Below, in pieces: positions 23,505-35,324 of a DNA stretch of 64,000 bases. The number at the start of each line of letters is the position of its first letter. Position 1 is the stretch's first letter. A program made the translations under genes and the position numbers. Below the pieces are notes generated by a model, which worked only from the letters and a program-made list of their open reading frames with translations, ran no database searches and was not told the origin of the DNA. The DNA comes from Eledone cirrhosa (Eukaryota). The DNA lies in contig OZ024741.1 of the NCBI GenBank assembly GCA_964016885.1, positions 37,510,001 to 37,574,000 on the forward strand. Direction: 5' to 3'.

Positions 23505-25427
23505 CCAGTCAGCAGCAGCGTAGTAAGTAAGGCAATCAAAGATATGAAGACGAGGAAGGTAACCAGTCCATCGGGTATAGCTGCCGAGATGCTGAAGGCA
23601 TCTGGGTCGGTAGGTCACACCATAACCACACGTATTGTTAACCAGGTAATACTAGAGGGTGTCATACCAAAGGATTGGTGCAGCAGCATCATTGTCGACT
23701 GCTACAAGGGTAAAGGTGATGCACTAGATAGAGGAAACTATAGAGGTATAAAGCTGATGGACCAGATGATGAAAGTAACAGAAAGAGTTATAGCACAGTT
23801 GATTAGGGACCGAGTAAAACTAGATGAGATGCAATTTGTGTTTGTGCCAGGAAAAGGTACCACTGATGCCCTCTTCCTTGTGAGACAGTTACAGGAAAAG
23901 TACCTAGCTAAAAGTAAGCCGCTCTACTTGGCATTCGTCGATCTGGAAAAAGCCTTCAACAGAGTCCCCCGTGCTATAATCTGGTGGGCTCTTAGAAAAA
24001 TAGGAGTAGATGAATGGCTTGTGAAAGCTGTACAAACCATGTATAGAGGAGCAGTCAGCAAAGTTAGAGTTAGCAATGACTATAGCGAGAAATTTAGCGT
24101 ACAGGTCGGTGTCCACCAGGGCTCTGTTCTTAGCCTTCTCCTATTCATTATAGTTTTGCAGACAATAACGGAGGAGTTTAAGACCGGAGACCCATGGGAA
24201 CTCCTATATGCAGATGATCTCACACTTATAGCTGAATCTATGGTAGAACTAGAGAAGAAATTCCAAACATGGAAGCAGGGACTAGAAAGAAAGGGTCTCA
24301 AAGTCAACCTGACAAAGACTAAGGTCCTTGTAAGTAGATGAGAAAACAGAACCCAGTTCCCCTCAGGGATCTAGGTTCTGTTTATTGGCTTTGCTCAGTA
24401 GGTAGGAACTCCATCCTCTGCCCCAAATGCAAACAATGGGTACACAAGAGATGTAGTGGGATCTCAGGAAGCTTAACTAAAAATGTAGGCTTCACATGTA
24501 GCAGCTGCGCTGGGACAGCAAGCAGCAAACGGCCACAGGAAACAAGCACCACCAAACTCTGGGAGGGCTCTGTAGAAACAGTAGACAGCTTCTGTTACCT
24601 AGGTGACCAAATTAGTAGCGGAGGTGGGTGTTTGGAAAGTACAATAACTAAAGTAAGAACGGGCTGGAAGAAGTTCAGGGAGCTACTACCACTGCTAGCT
24701 GCAAAAGGCTTCTCCCTCAAAATGAAAGGCAGACTGTATGATGCGTGTATATGAACAGCAATGTTACATGGTAGTGAGACCTGGGCACTATCTGTGGAAG
24801 ACTTGCGTAGATTAGAAAGAAATGAAGCTTGCATGCTCCGATGGATGTGTAATAGTAATATACGTGAACGGCAAAGCATAAACGAATTGAGAGAGAGACT
24901 GAGCATTAGAGGAATCAAATGCTGTGTGCAGGAGAGGAGGTTGGTATAGACATGTGATGTGTATGAAGGATGACAGCTGCATTAAAAGGTGCAGGGCACT
25001 AGAAGTCGATGGAAGCTGCAGAGTGGGGAGACCGAAGAAGACCTGGAGTGAGGTAATAAAAGCCGACCTTAACCAATTATACCTCTCAAAGGCGAGGACA
25101 CATGACCGTGACCTCTGGCATAATGCAGTAATACAGAAGATCCAACTTCCCGTGGGTACAAGCCGAAGCTGAAGCATATAGACAATATGCCCCCACCCCT
25201 TTCCACTGCAAAGTGGTCATGGAGGTGCCACGGCAAAAAAGCACCCAGCCGACACTGTAGATAAGGTTGGTGTTAGGAAGGGCATCCAGCTGTAAAAATC
25301 AAGCCAGAATCAGTTCCCGTATGAGCAAGACAAGGTCAGCCAACCGGACACTGCCCACAACAGGGCAACCCGTCTAACCCATGCTAACATGGAAGAACGG
25401 ATGTAAAATGGTGATGATGATGATGAT
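23505..25427 (+). mobile_element. 5'-truncated RTE family A LINE (RT pseudogene plus 3'UTR)
   Basis: ORFs 23544-24341 (FVDLEKAF, GVHQGSVLS, LLYADD), 24338-24754, 24761-24949 and 24924-25172; (GAT)n tail. Confidence 0.95.
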
Positions 25428-25649
25428 ACTATTGTATTTTCACAGTAAAGTCTTTACCTCACATAATTACCTCACATAATATCAAATCTATGAGATTTTG
25501 ATTTATTTATGTTGAGAAAAATACCTTAACATCAGTATGAGTGGCCAGTTACAGCCAGTTTTAACAGAAGGAGGTAAGAGAATTCTAGCCAGATATGGAT
25601 GGTTTAAATATTAAAGGGTTAAAGCTAATGATGTTGTTTTGATGCAGTT

Positions 25650-28600
25650 CATCATCACCATCATCATCACCGTTTTACGTCCGTTCTTCCACGCTACCAT
25701 GGGTTAGACGGGTTGTCCTGTTGTGTGCAGTGTCTGGTCGGCTGACCATGCCTTGCTCATACAGGAACTGATCTGGCTTGATTTCTACAGCTGGATGCCC
25801 TTCCTAACACCAACCTCATTTACAGTGAGTGCTGGGTGCTTTTTCGTGGCGCCTACACGTCCACTTTACAGTGTGGGCTGGGTGCTTTTTTGCCGTGGCA
25901 CCTCCACGACCACCTTGCGGTGGGGGGTGTGGGGGCATATTGTTTATATGCTTCAGCATGTACCCATGGGAGGTCGGGTACTCTGTATTACTGCGTGACG
26001 CCAGAAGTCACGGTCGTGTGTCATTGTCTTTGAGAGGTGTAATTGGGTAAGGTCGGCTTTTATCACCTCATCCCAGGTCATCTTGGGTCTCCCCACTCCG
26101 CGGTTTCCATCAACTTCTAGTGCTCTGCACCTTTTTATGCAGCTGTCATCCTTCATACGCATCACATGTCCATACCAGCGCAACCGCCTCTCCTGCACAC
26201 AGCATTTGATTCCTCTTAAGCTCAGTCTCTCTCTCAATTCATTTATGCTTTGTCGTTCACGTATATTACTGTTTCACATCCATCGGAGCATGCAGGCTTC
26301 GTTTCTCTCTAATCTACGTAAGTCTTCCACCTTCAGCGCCCAGGTCTCACTACCATGCAACATCGCTGTTTGGATACACGCATCATACAGTCTGCCTTTC
26401 ATTCTGAGGGAGAAGCCTTTTGCAGCTAGCAGTGGTAGTAGTTCCCTAAACTTCTTCCATCCCGTTCTTACCCTAGTTATTGTACTTTCTGAACACCCAC
26501 CTCCGTTGCTAATTCGGTCACCTAGGTAGCAGAAGCTGTCTACTGTTTCTACAGGGCCCTCCCAGAGATTGGTGGTACTTGTTTCCTGTGGCTGTTTGCT
26601 GCTTGCTGTTTCAGCACAGCTGCTGCATGTGAATCCTACATTCTTAATTAAGCTTCCTGAAATCCCGCTACATCTCTTGTGTACCCATTGTTTGCATTTG
26701 GGGCAGAGAATGGAGTTCCTACCTACACCTTTCCTACATACTGAGCAAGGCGATTTCCCTGAGGGGATCTGGGTTCTGTTTTCTCGTCTACTTACAAAGA
26801 CCTTAGTCTTTGTCATGTTGACTTTGAGACCCTTTCTCTCTAGTCCCTGCTTCCAGGTTTGGAATTTATTCTCTAGTTCCATCATAGATTCAGCTATGAG
26901 TGCGAGGTCATCAGCATACAGGAGTTCCCATGGGCATCCGGTCTTAAATTCCTCCGTTATTGCCTGCAGGACTATGATGAACAGGAGAGGGCTAAGAACA
27001 GAGCCCTGGTGGACCCCAACCTATACGCTAAATTCCTCGCTATACTCATTGCTAATCCTAACTTTGCTGACTGCTCCCCTATACATGGCTTGTACCGCTT
27101 TCACAAGCCATTCATCTACTCCTAGTTTTCTAAGAGCCCACCAGATTACAGCACGTGGAACTCTGTCAAAGGCTTTCTCAAGGTCGACAAATGCCAAGTA
27201 GAGCGGCTTACTTTTAGCTAGGTACTTTTCCTGTAATTGCCTCACAAGGAAGAGGGCATCAGTGGTGCCTCTTCCTGGTACAAACCCAAATTGCATCTCG
27301 TCTATATTCACCCAGTCCCTAATCAGCTGTGCTATAACTCTTTCTGTTACTTTCATGACCTGGTCCATCAACTTTATACCTCTATAGTTTCCTCTATCTA
27401 GTGCGTCGCCTTTGCCTTTGTAGCAGTTGACAATGATGCTACTGCACCAATCTTTTGGTATGGCCCCTTCTAGTATTACCTGGTTAACGATACGTGTGGT
27501 TATAGTGTGACCTACAGACCCAGATGCCTTCAGCATCTCGGCAGCTATACCCGATGGACCGGTTGCCTTCCCCATCTTCATATCTCTGATTGCCTTACTT
27601 ACTACACTGCCGATGACTTGTACTGCTGGTCCCTCTATAGGGTCTACTTGGGGTAGGGTCTCTTCTTCCCATGCATTCTCCTCATTTAGTAATCTATCAT
27701 AATGACTCTTCCATGCATCTTTCTTCTCAGTACTTTTGAGGGCAAGCTCACCTTTATCATTCCGGATACACTTCTCTCCAATGACATCACAACTATCTCT
27801 GACACACTGCCTCGCAATCTTGAATACCTCCTGTTTCTGGTCCTCACGTTGTAAAACATGCTTGAATTTTCTATCCTCTGCTTCCCTCCTAGCTAAGTAT
27901 ACTTGTCGCCTAGCTTCCCTCTTGGTCTCTATGTAATGTACCCTGCTCCCCCCGTTCTTCCATTCTTTCCATGCCTGTCTCTTGGCCCTGACTGCTTCAT
28001 CTACCTTATTGTTCCACCACCAAGTCACTCTCCTCCTGCTTGAGGTCTTACTCCAGCCACAGACCTCGTCCGTCGCCTCTAGTAAATTATTTTTTAGTAA
28101 CTCCCAGTTCTCTTCTACATTAAATGTCTCTATCTGTTCTTCTTTACTGTCGTAGGCGTTGAGTAAAATATCTTTAAATCTGTTACTGGTTGAGGGGACT
28201 TTCAGCTTCCAGATCTTTCTTCTCCAGGTTGGCCTCTGTTTCAGGGCTCGTCTAGTTCTGACCATGAGGTCGCTGACAACTAAGCTATGTTGGGATGTAC
28301 ATTCCTCACTAGGGAAGGCTTTTGTGTTTACGACCGTCCATCTGTCACGTCCTCTGATGAGGATAAAATCTAACTGACTAGAGTGCTCCCCTGATCTATA
28401 GGTGATCAGGTGGTTGTCGGGTTTTTTAAAGTTTGTGTTACATATCGACATGTCATTGGCGTCGCAGAATTCTAGAAGTCTGAATCCTTCCTCATTCCTT
28501 GTGCCAACTCCATGGCCTCCATGTACTCTATTGAAGCCATCGCAGTGTTTACCTACGTGTCCGTTAAAATCTCCTGCGATGATTAGGAAGTCCTTGTCGT

Positions 28601-29075
28601 CTGTTAGAGCAGTAGTGTGTATTAGGGACTCGTAAAACCTATCCTTAAGTTCGTCTGGCAGCCCCAATTGGGGTGCGTAAGCTGATATTATTGTGGTAAT
28701 TGTCTTATTCAGGACTAGTCTGAGTTTAATGATTCTTGCATTTACCCTGTACACTGAGATTACTTTATCTACCCACTTGTCAGCTAATAGTATACCTACA
28801 CCACCCATCCCATCGTCATTTCCCACCCAGAAAAATTTGTAGCACTGACTTTTTCCTACAAGGACTCTAGCACACTCTCCTCTCAATCTAGTCTCTTGCA
28901 CACAGCATACATCAACTTCCTTTCGCTCTAGCATTTCTACGATTTCTCCTGCTCTTCCTTTCATTGAGCCTACATTGATGGTACCAACTCGGAGTTTTGG
29001 GCATTTGTCGACACTCGTAGAGGAGGGTCTCTGGGTTGGCGCTTCACGTGGGTGCTTGGTAGCTCGCAGATTCAT
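25650..29075 (-). mobile_element. Near full-length RTE family A LINE
   Basis: APE endonuclease (GTINVG, CVQETR, AYAPQ, GDFNGH) plus RT, 3'UTR and (GAT)n tail. Confidence 0.97.
25953..29075 (-). pseudogene. RTE APE-RT polyprotein (~1040 codons) with two in-frame nonsense mutations
   Basis: ORFs 27021-29075, 26274-26885 and 25953-26237 are in one frame, broken by TAG (27021-27023) and TGA (26274-26276). Confidence 0.92.
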
Positions 29076-29119
29076 ATTTCATGTTGTTTTACTATTCTCT
29101 CAACATAACATTCATATAT

Positions 29120-29478
29120 TCTTTTACCAGTTTCAATCCTTTGATTGTGGCCATGCTGGGACACTGCATTCAAGGGATTTAATCAATCGTATAAACCCCA
29201 GTACTAATTTTTCCAAGCCTGGTACTTATCTTATTGACATAACAGGACATAAAGACAGACTGATACACAAATGTAAACTCAGACATGGACACACACGCAA
29301 GCACACATGCGTGCGTGCCTGCACACACACACAGTTTCCATCTACCCAATTTCACTCACAAGGCATTAGTTAATTCAAGGCTATAGTAGAAGACATTTGC
29401 CCAAAGTGTCATGCAGTGAGACTGAAATCATAACTATGTGGTTGTAAAGAGTACACCTTAACCACACAGCCATGCCTG
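29120..29478 (-). mobile_element. Older tRNA-derived SINE
   Basis: Head gcatggctgtgtggttaag...ttgggcaaatgtcttctactatagcc; related pieces at ~31010, 36265 and 48592. Confidence 0.6.
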
Positions 29479-30149
29479 TACCTATATATCAACACAGAAA
29501 CATCAAATGACAGTATCAGGAAATTTTGAGACATGCTCTAGGATTCTTAGGATTTCATTTATAATTCACATTCTGATTTACATTAAGTGTTGCTAGACTT
29601 TAATTTCATAACACAAAGGCAAGCATCATTTGCCTGTAGACGTATATTTGGTGAAAGTTGTATAAGTAACTTTGTGTAAAGCTGTACTATTGAATTGCTA
29701 TGTTTGGAAAGAAAATCAACATCTTTATTCCTATTAAATAAAAGTAGCTGTCAATGAGATACACATACCCTCAATAGGCATTGATTTCTTGCCTGTCAAT
29801 AGAAATTTGGCTAAATTTCCTTCATTTTCTGATTTATACTAACACTTTCTCTGTTTCTCTTTATATCTAGTTATAGTTAGGTATCCTATATCTATACCAA
29901 ATACTTTATTTTATGTGATGTCAGTTATGTTAGAATTATAAAAAATGGCCTATTTGTAAATTGTATAATTTTCAGCAAATGTTTCTCCTTCTACACTATT
30001 TGTTGAAAAACTCCAAACAAGCAAGCAATTATGTAAAACAAAAAGAAAAGAAAAAGGAAATAGGAAAAATAAAACTGTTCTTAGCCCTCAGTTCTACATT
30101 CCTGAATTTTTATCAATTTTAGATATGGTATGGTATAGTTCTGTAACTC

Positions 30150-30452
30150 CTGATAGTTGTAGGGGCACTGTATTGACATACAGCGTTTCTTGGGGATTTT
30201 AAGCCTGGCAGAATCCATCCCTCTCCAGGTCTGAGTACAGCAGATTTCTTCCAGAGAAAGATAGAAAGTGAGAGAGAGGAAATGAGAAAGAGATATAGAG
30301 GAAGAATCCACGCCAGTACTAGACTGTTACTTTTTTTATCGACCTCGAAAGGATGAAAGGCAAAGTTGACCTTGGCGAGATTTGAACTCAGAGAGCAGAG
30401 AGCCAGAAGAAATACTGTAAAACATTCTAACGACTCTGCCAATTGGCTGCCT
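30150..30452 (-). mobile_element. Meta-domain SINE variant with GA-rich tail, head present
   Basis: Minus strand ttggcagagtcgttaga...gagttcaaatc...gcctttcatcctttcgaggtcgata. Confidence 0.75.
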
Positions 30453-31199
30453 AATTTTAGATGTAATATTTGTTAAATATAGGTGTTGAATTGGCAGTCT
30501 GATTAAATGCTTTTGCATTCCTTGTCAAATGGGATGTTTTGAAGTATTTATTTTGGTTCTGTGTATTCTGAGTTCAAATACTACCTCCTGTTCCCAGAAA
30601 GGCAGTGACACTTTTGCCAGGAGTTGTGATTAACAATAGAAAGACCCAAGTTTGTGTTTTTAGTTTTAGTTTACCATAGGAGGCCTGGTAATAGTACAAG
30701 CTCTCAGATATATAAAGCATGGGAAGGAAGTGCTGATGTTGGTGTATTCTCATGTATTAGTGATGTAAGGGAAATGTTTCCAACTGGGAAAGAAAACTAC
30801 ATCACTGTTTTGGTTTACTAAAACCTTATTGCGTTTTAGCAGCTCACAGTTATAAAGCAATGTGTATGTATATATGTGTGTGATGACTCAGCATAATACA
30901 TCGATATGTAATAATACTGTTGGCATAAAATATAAAAAAATAAAATATAAAATTAGATTTTAAGGTGGAATCCTGGTTATCTTGGAAGTACTGAAATATT
31001 ATAGACACGGGCATGGCTTCTGTGCCACTGTGTGGAACCTGGGGCCAGTGTGCTCAATTATAGCCTTAGGTTGACCAATACCTTGTGAGTGAAACTGTAA
31101 TAGTGTGTATATATACATACACACACACGTGTCCATGTCTATGTTTATATTTATTGTTTGTTTACATGCAGTGCCCCAGCATGGCTGCTGTCTATTGAC

Positions 31200-32697
31200 T
31201 AAAACTGGACAGTTCTGTATCTTCTTCGATGACTCTCTTTAATGTCTTGAGTGGTCTTCTACATTTGTGTTTCTCATTAGAGGGCTCCCAGAGTAAACGT
31301 TTTGTAACAGGTTCATAGCCTCTCATGGCATGACCTGCAACTTGAAAATACCTGACATAGATGGTAGGGGTAATGGGCAGGAGGTGGCAATAGAGAATTT
31401 TGTTTTTAACATACACAGTCAAGAGGCTTGATGATTTTTATCCTTCTTAGTATTTGTGTGTAGCAACACTCTAAAGCAGGGGTTGGCAAACACTGGCCCA
31501 CAGGCCGGATGTGGCCCATGAAAGATTTTTGTCTGACCTGCCAACAGATTTCAATCTTAGGCCAAGCGATCCCTGATAAGTGTTCTGAATTATTTGGGAT
31601 TAGAATACCAACTGGAGAACACGTCTAGCCACAAGACTCACTTAGCTGAACGTAATTTTTTGTGTGACAGTAACAAATAATCAAACTCAGACAGATAGAA
31701 TAGTCAGACATCGAGGTGAAGGGGACTGAATGTGTGTGTATTCATGTATATAGGTAAATACATAGTATGTGTATGGCAGGGATGTGGAATGACCCAGACA
31801 TACCCAAAGCAGGTCAGCGTGTTTGACATACAGTTATTTCATTTCATCCTCAAAATCTTTCATTTGAGTTAGCTGTCTGGTAGTAAAACATCTATAAGTG
31901 ACTGTATTCGATAATAATCAATGTTTATTTATTTTTCTATGTTAAAAGTGTTCAGTATTATTTGAAGTAAATTTTTTCATCGAACAAATGGCAACAGTGA
32001 TCTAAATACACCGCCAGGTATTGTGGTTTTGTCACAGTTTATTAAAAATGTCAGAGTATTTTATTTATTATTGTATTCATTTTTACATATGTTCCCATTA
32101 CTTATTTGATGTCATGGCTTGCCTACAAGACACTGCATAGCTATGTGGCCTGCACACCCCAAAAAGTTGCCGACCCTTGCTCAAAACCTTTGGTGATAGA
32201 TATTGTTACCAACCATGATACACAGGAATACAGTAAGATTAATTCCACTGTAACTTTGAATAATTTAACATTAGTTTTTGTGGTTATGTTAGATTTCTAC
32301 ACCTTATCTAACAAGTTCATGGCAGACCATGCTTGTGCTATCCTGTTGTTTATATCATTTGATGAGTTGGTGTATACACCAAGGTATTTTGAAATCGTCT
32401 ACTTTTTCAAGAACAATATTGCTTAATGATTTAATGTTTGTTGCTTGATCTGAGTTGATGGTCATGTATTTGGTTTTGTTGACATTTAGGAAGAGTGTCA
32501 TAGCTTGAGTAGAACCTTATAGCTTGTGTAAGAGATCCTCTGCCATACACATTTAATCTGCACATATGACAATGTCATCAGTGAACTCCATATCTGCTAG
32601 GTGTTGTGACAGATGCCTTATGCTTACATGCTTTTGAAGGGTATATCCATCAAAATCATCATTAGCAACACATTGTGCATTGTCAAGTACGATTTTA

Positions 32698-32700
<3 letters not shown>
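31200..32700 (-). mobile_element. Degenerate RTE-X/RTE-like LINE fragment, interrupted by a hAT MITE
   Basis: LLWEP..K..RRPLKT..VIEEDTEL C-terminal motif (ORF 31192-31422); LADMEFTDDIV (YADD-like) near 32570-32600. Confidence 0.6.
31477..32179 (+). mobile_element. hAT (Charlie-like) MITE
   Basis: TIRs caggggttggcaa / ttgccgacccttg; 8-bp TSD ctctaaag/ctcaaaac (6/8). Confidence 0.75.
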
Positions 32701-32732
<32 letters not shown>

Positions 32733-33070
32733 TATATATATAAATTAATAAAGCGCATCCTCTTATGGTTGAGGGCTGGTGTCTTTAGACACAATTATTA
32801 ATCTTCTCCACACATTGAACCATTCATTATTGTATCTTCATGCTCTCTTCTGACCTGATTTACTGTTGGGTTTGGTTCCTGTAGCATTTGCCTCTATACA
32901 GGCAGTTAGGGTTTCTGCCTGGAGTTGTCTCTCTCGTAGTCTGGCAGCATTCCATGGCTGCTGAGTTTAGATAACTCACCCAGTTACATTGCATGGGGAC
33001 TTAGTCTCTTGTCATACATACACACATATATATATTACTGGTTTTAGACATTTTACTGTGGTCACACACA

Positions 33071-33415
33071 CATCATCATCATCATCATCATCATTTTACG
33101 TCCGCTTTTCCCTGCTTGCAAGGGAGGGACGGGAACTGATTCTGGCTTGATTTCTACAGCTGGATGCCCTTCCTAACACCAACCTCATTTACAGTGAGTG
33201 CTGGGTGCTTTTTTGCCATGGCACCTCCACGACCACTTTGCAGTGGAATGAGAGGGACCTCAGTCCCTATCATCTCATTTTTACAACTGAGTAAACTGGA
33301 GCAATGTTAAATAAAGTGACTTGCTCAAGGAAACAACACATCACCCGGTCTGAGAATTGAACTCACAACCTTTCGATTGCAAGGCCAATGCTCTAACCAC
33401 TAAGCCATGTGCCTC

Positions 33416-33416
<1 letters not shown>
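33071..33416 (-). mobile_element. Full-length CORE-type tRNA SINE with RTE-B tail
   Basis: A box TGGCTTAGTGG, B box GAGTTCAATTC, CORE-like ccttgagcaag...gtaaaaatgag, (GAT)n tail. Confidence 0.9.
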
Positions 33417-33452
<36 letters not shown>

Positions 33453-33502
33453 GTACGTGTGTGTGTATGAGTGCATGTGTATATATATAATTTTACATGT
33501 GT

Positions 33503-33832
33503 AAGACCCTCTTCAGTCATGAATGACCATGGGATTTACACTTAGAATGTTCCCCTCCAAGGCCCAAGTCCGGGAAGATTATTTGTGGATTATTTGTGGA
33601 AGACCAGCAGTCACCCAACATACCAGCCTTCTCTCTCTACACCACCGATGTTGTCCAAGAGAAAGGCAATGGCTGATACAGCTTGGCACTAATGACGTCG
33701 CAACTCATTTCTACAGCTGAGTAAACTGGAGCAACATGAAATAAAGTGTCTTGCTCAAAGACACAACGCATTACCCGAGAATCGATTTCACAACCTTCCA
33801 TTTGCAAGCCCAGTGCTCTAACCATTAAGCCA
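33503..33832 (-). mobile_element. CORE-type tRNA SINE with a different 3' body
   Basis: Head and core similar to 33071 (tggcttaatggttagagc...ttgagcaagacactttatttca) but an unrelated tail. Confidence 0.7.
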
Positions 33833-33926
33833 TATATATAAACCCCAGGTGACTAAAATTGATTGCAAAGTTTCTTAAGAATTTACTGGATATATAACAC
33901 TTCCTAAGACACTTGCATGCACACAC

Positions 33927-33960
<34 letters not shown>

Positions 33961-35272
33961 ACACACACACACAGACAATTCATTTCTGAAAAAGTCAGCA
34001 GTTTAAAAATAATTATTTTCTGTAAAGATTATTTGTTTTTTGTTGCACTCCTTGAAACCTGGCCACTGACATAATTCCATTGCAACTCTCCTTTGTAAAC
34101 ATGATACTTAGTGATTCTATTTTCCTGAAAGCTAAACCATTGGGGTCTTAATACTCTGTAAAGTCTAACCTTGTCAAACAGGTTTTAAGAACTAGGTCAG
34201 ATAAAATTTAGCATGTTTTTTTTTTCAAGTTGAGGTTTGGGTGTAATGCTAATAACTCCTCTCTCTTTCTCTCCCTGCTCTCATCCTCCACTCCAATCAC
34301 TACCTTCTTAACCTGACCTGAGGACATCATGTCATTCACTCCCTTAAGGCCACCTCTCTTCCACATGCCCCCACTTTGCAGGCCTCTTTCCTCTCACATC
34401 CCTCACTTGGAAAGCAGCATATATCTTGCCCCATTCCCTTCTCTGCTATCATTTTCCCCACCCCCATCGCTGTCATCCCAGTTAGGCCATGGAGACACAG
34501 AGAGTGCCCTAGTGTTGATAAGTAGCAGTGCTGATGCCACTATAAAAAAGCAAAACAAACAAACATCCAGTCTATTTTGTAAGGTGATTGTGGTGGTGCC
34601 ACAATAAAACACAACTTGAATATGCCATGAAGTGGTTGGTGTTAGAAAGGGCAACCAGCCATAGAAACCATGCCAGAATGGAATGTAATGAGCAAAACAT
34701 GTTCACCAGACCTGTCTAGCCTCTGAATGTGATAACCTGTCTAATCCATGCAAACATGGAAAATAGGCATAAAACAGTGGTGGTGGTGGTGGTAATGTTG
34801 ATGATGTAAACCTTGCTATTTCAGAAGCTAAGACAAACACAACTAGTATTGACTTCAGTCAACCATATGACGTTATAATAACCTGTTCTGTTGAAAACCT
34901 CTTGTAAGAAGTCAAGAGTATGAATAGTGATTTACATACACCCCATGAAAACTTATTTAACACTTTTGATACCAAACTGCTCCTAACTGCTCCCAGTTCA
35001 ATGAATTATTGAAGTGCTGGGTGATTTTAAATTTTAAATCCCAAATTCAGAAAATAGTTGTAACACCAGACAATTCTTATAAATAATAGTTTAGAAAATG
35101 AGGTAAAATACCCCTATAGATGGAAAAATGAGTTCTGCAGTTGGTATAGAGAATCAAATCTGTCTTTAGGAGTGTTTTACACAATTTGCTTAGCTATTAT
35201 TTTATTATTTATAGTGATTGATTATTGTTGTTTTCTGCATTTCAGATTAACACATTTTCTAATATATATATC

Positions 35273-35324
<52 letters not shown>

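Noticed and set aside
26083-27201. Plus-strand ORFs of 148 and 210 aa
   Set aside because: Antisense shadows of the RTE ORF
33340-33416. tRNA-like sequence with A and B boxes
   Set aside because: SINE head, not a tRNA gene
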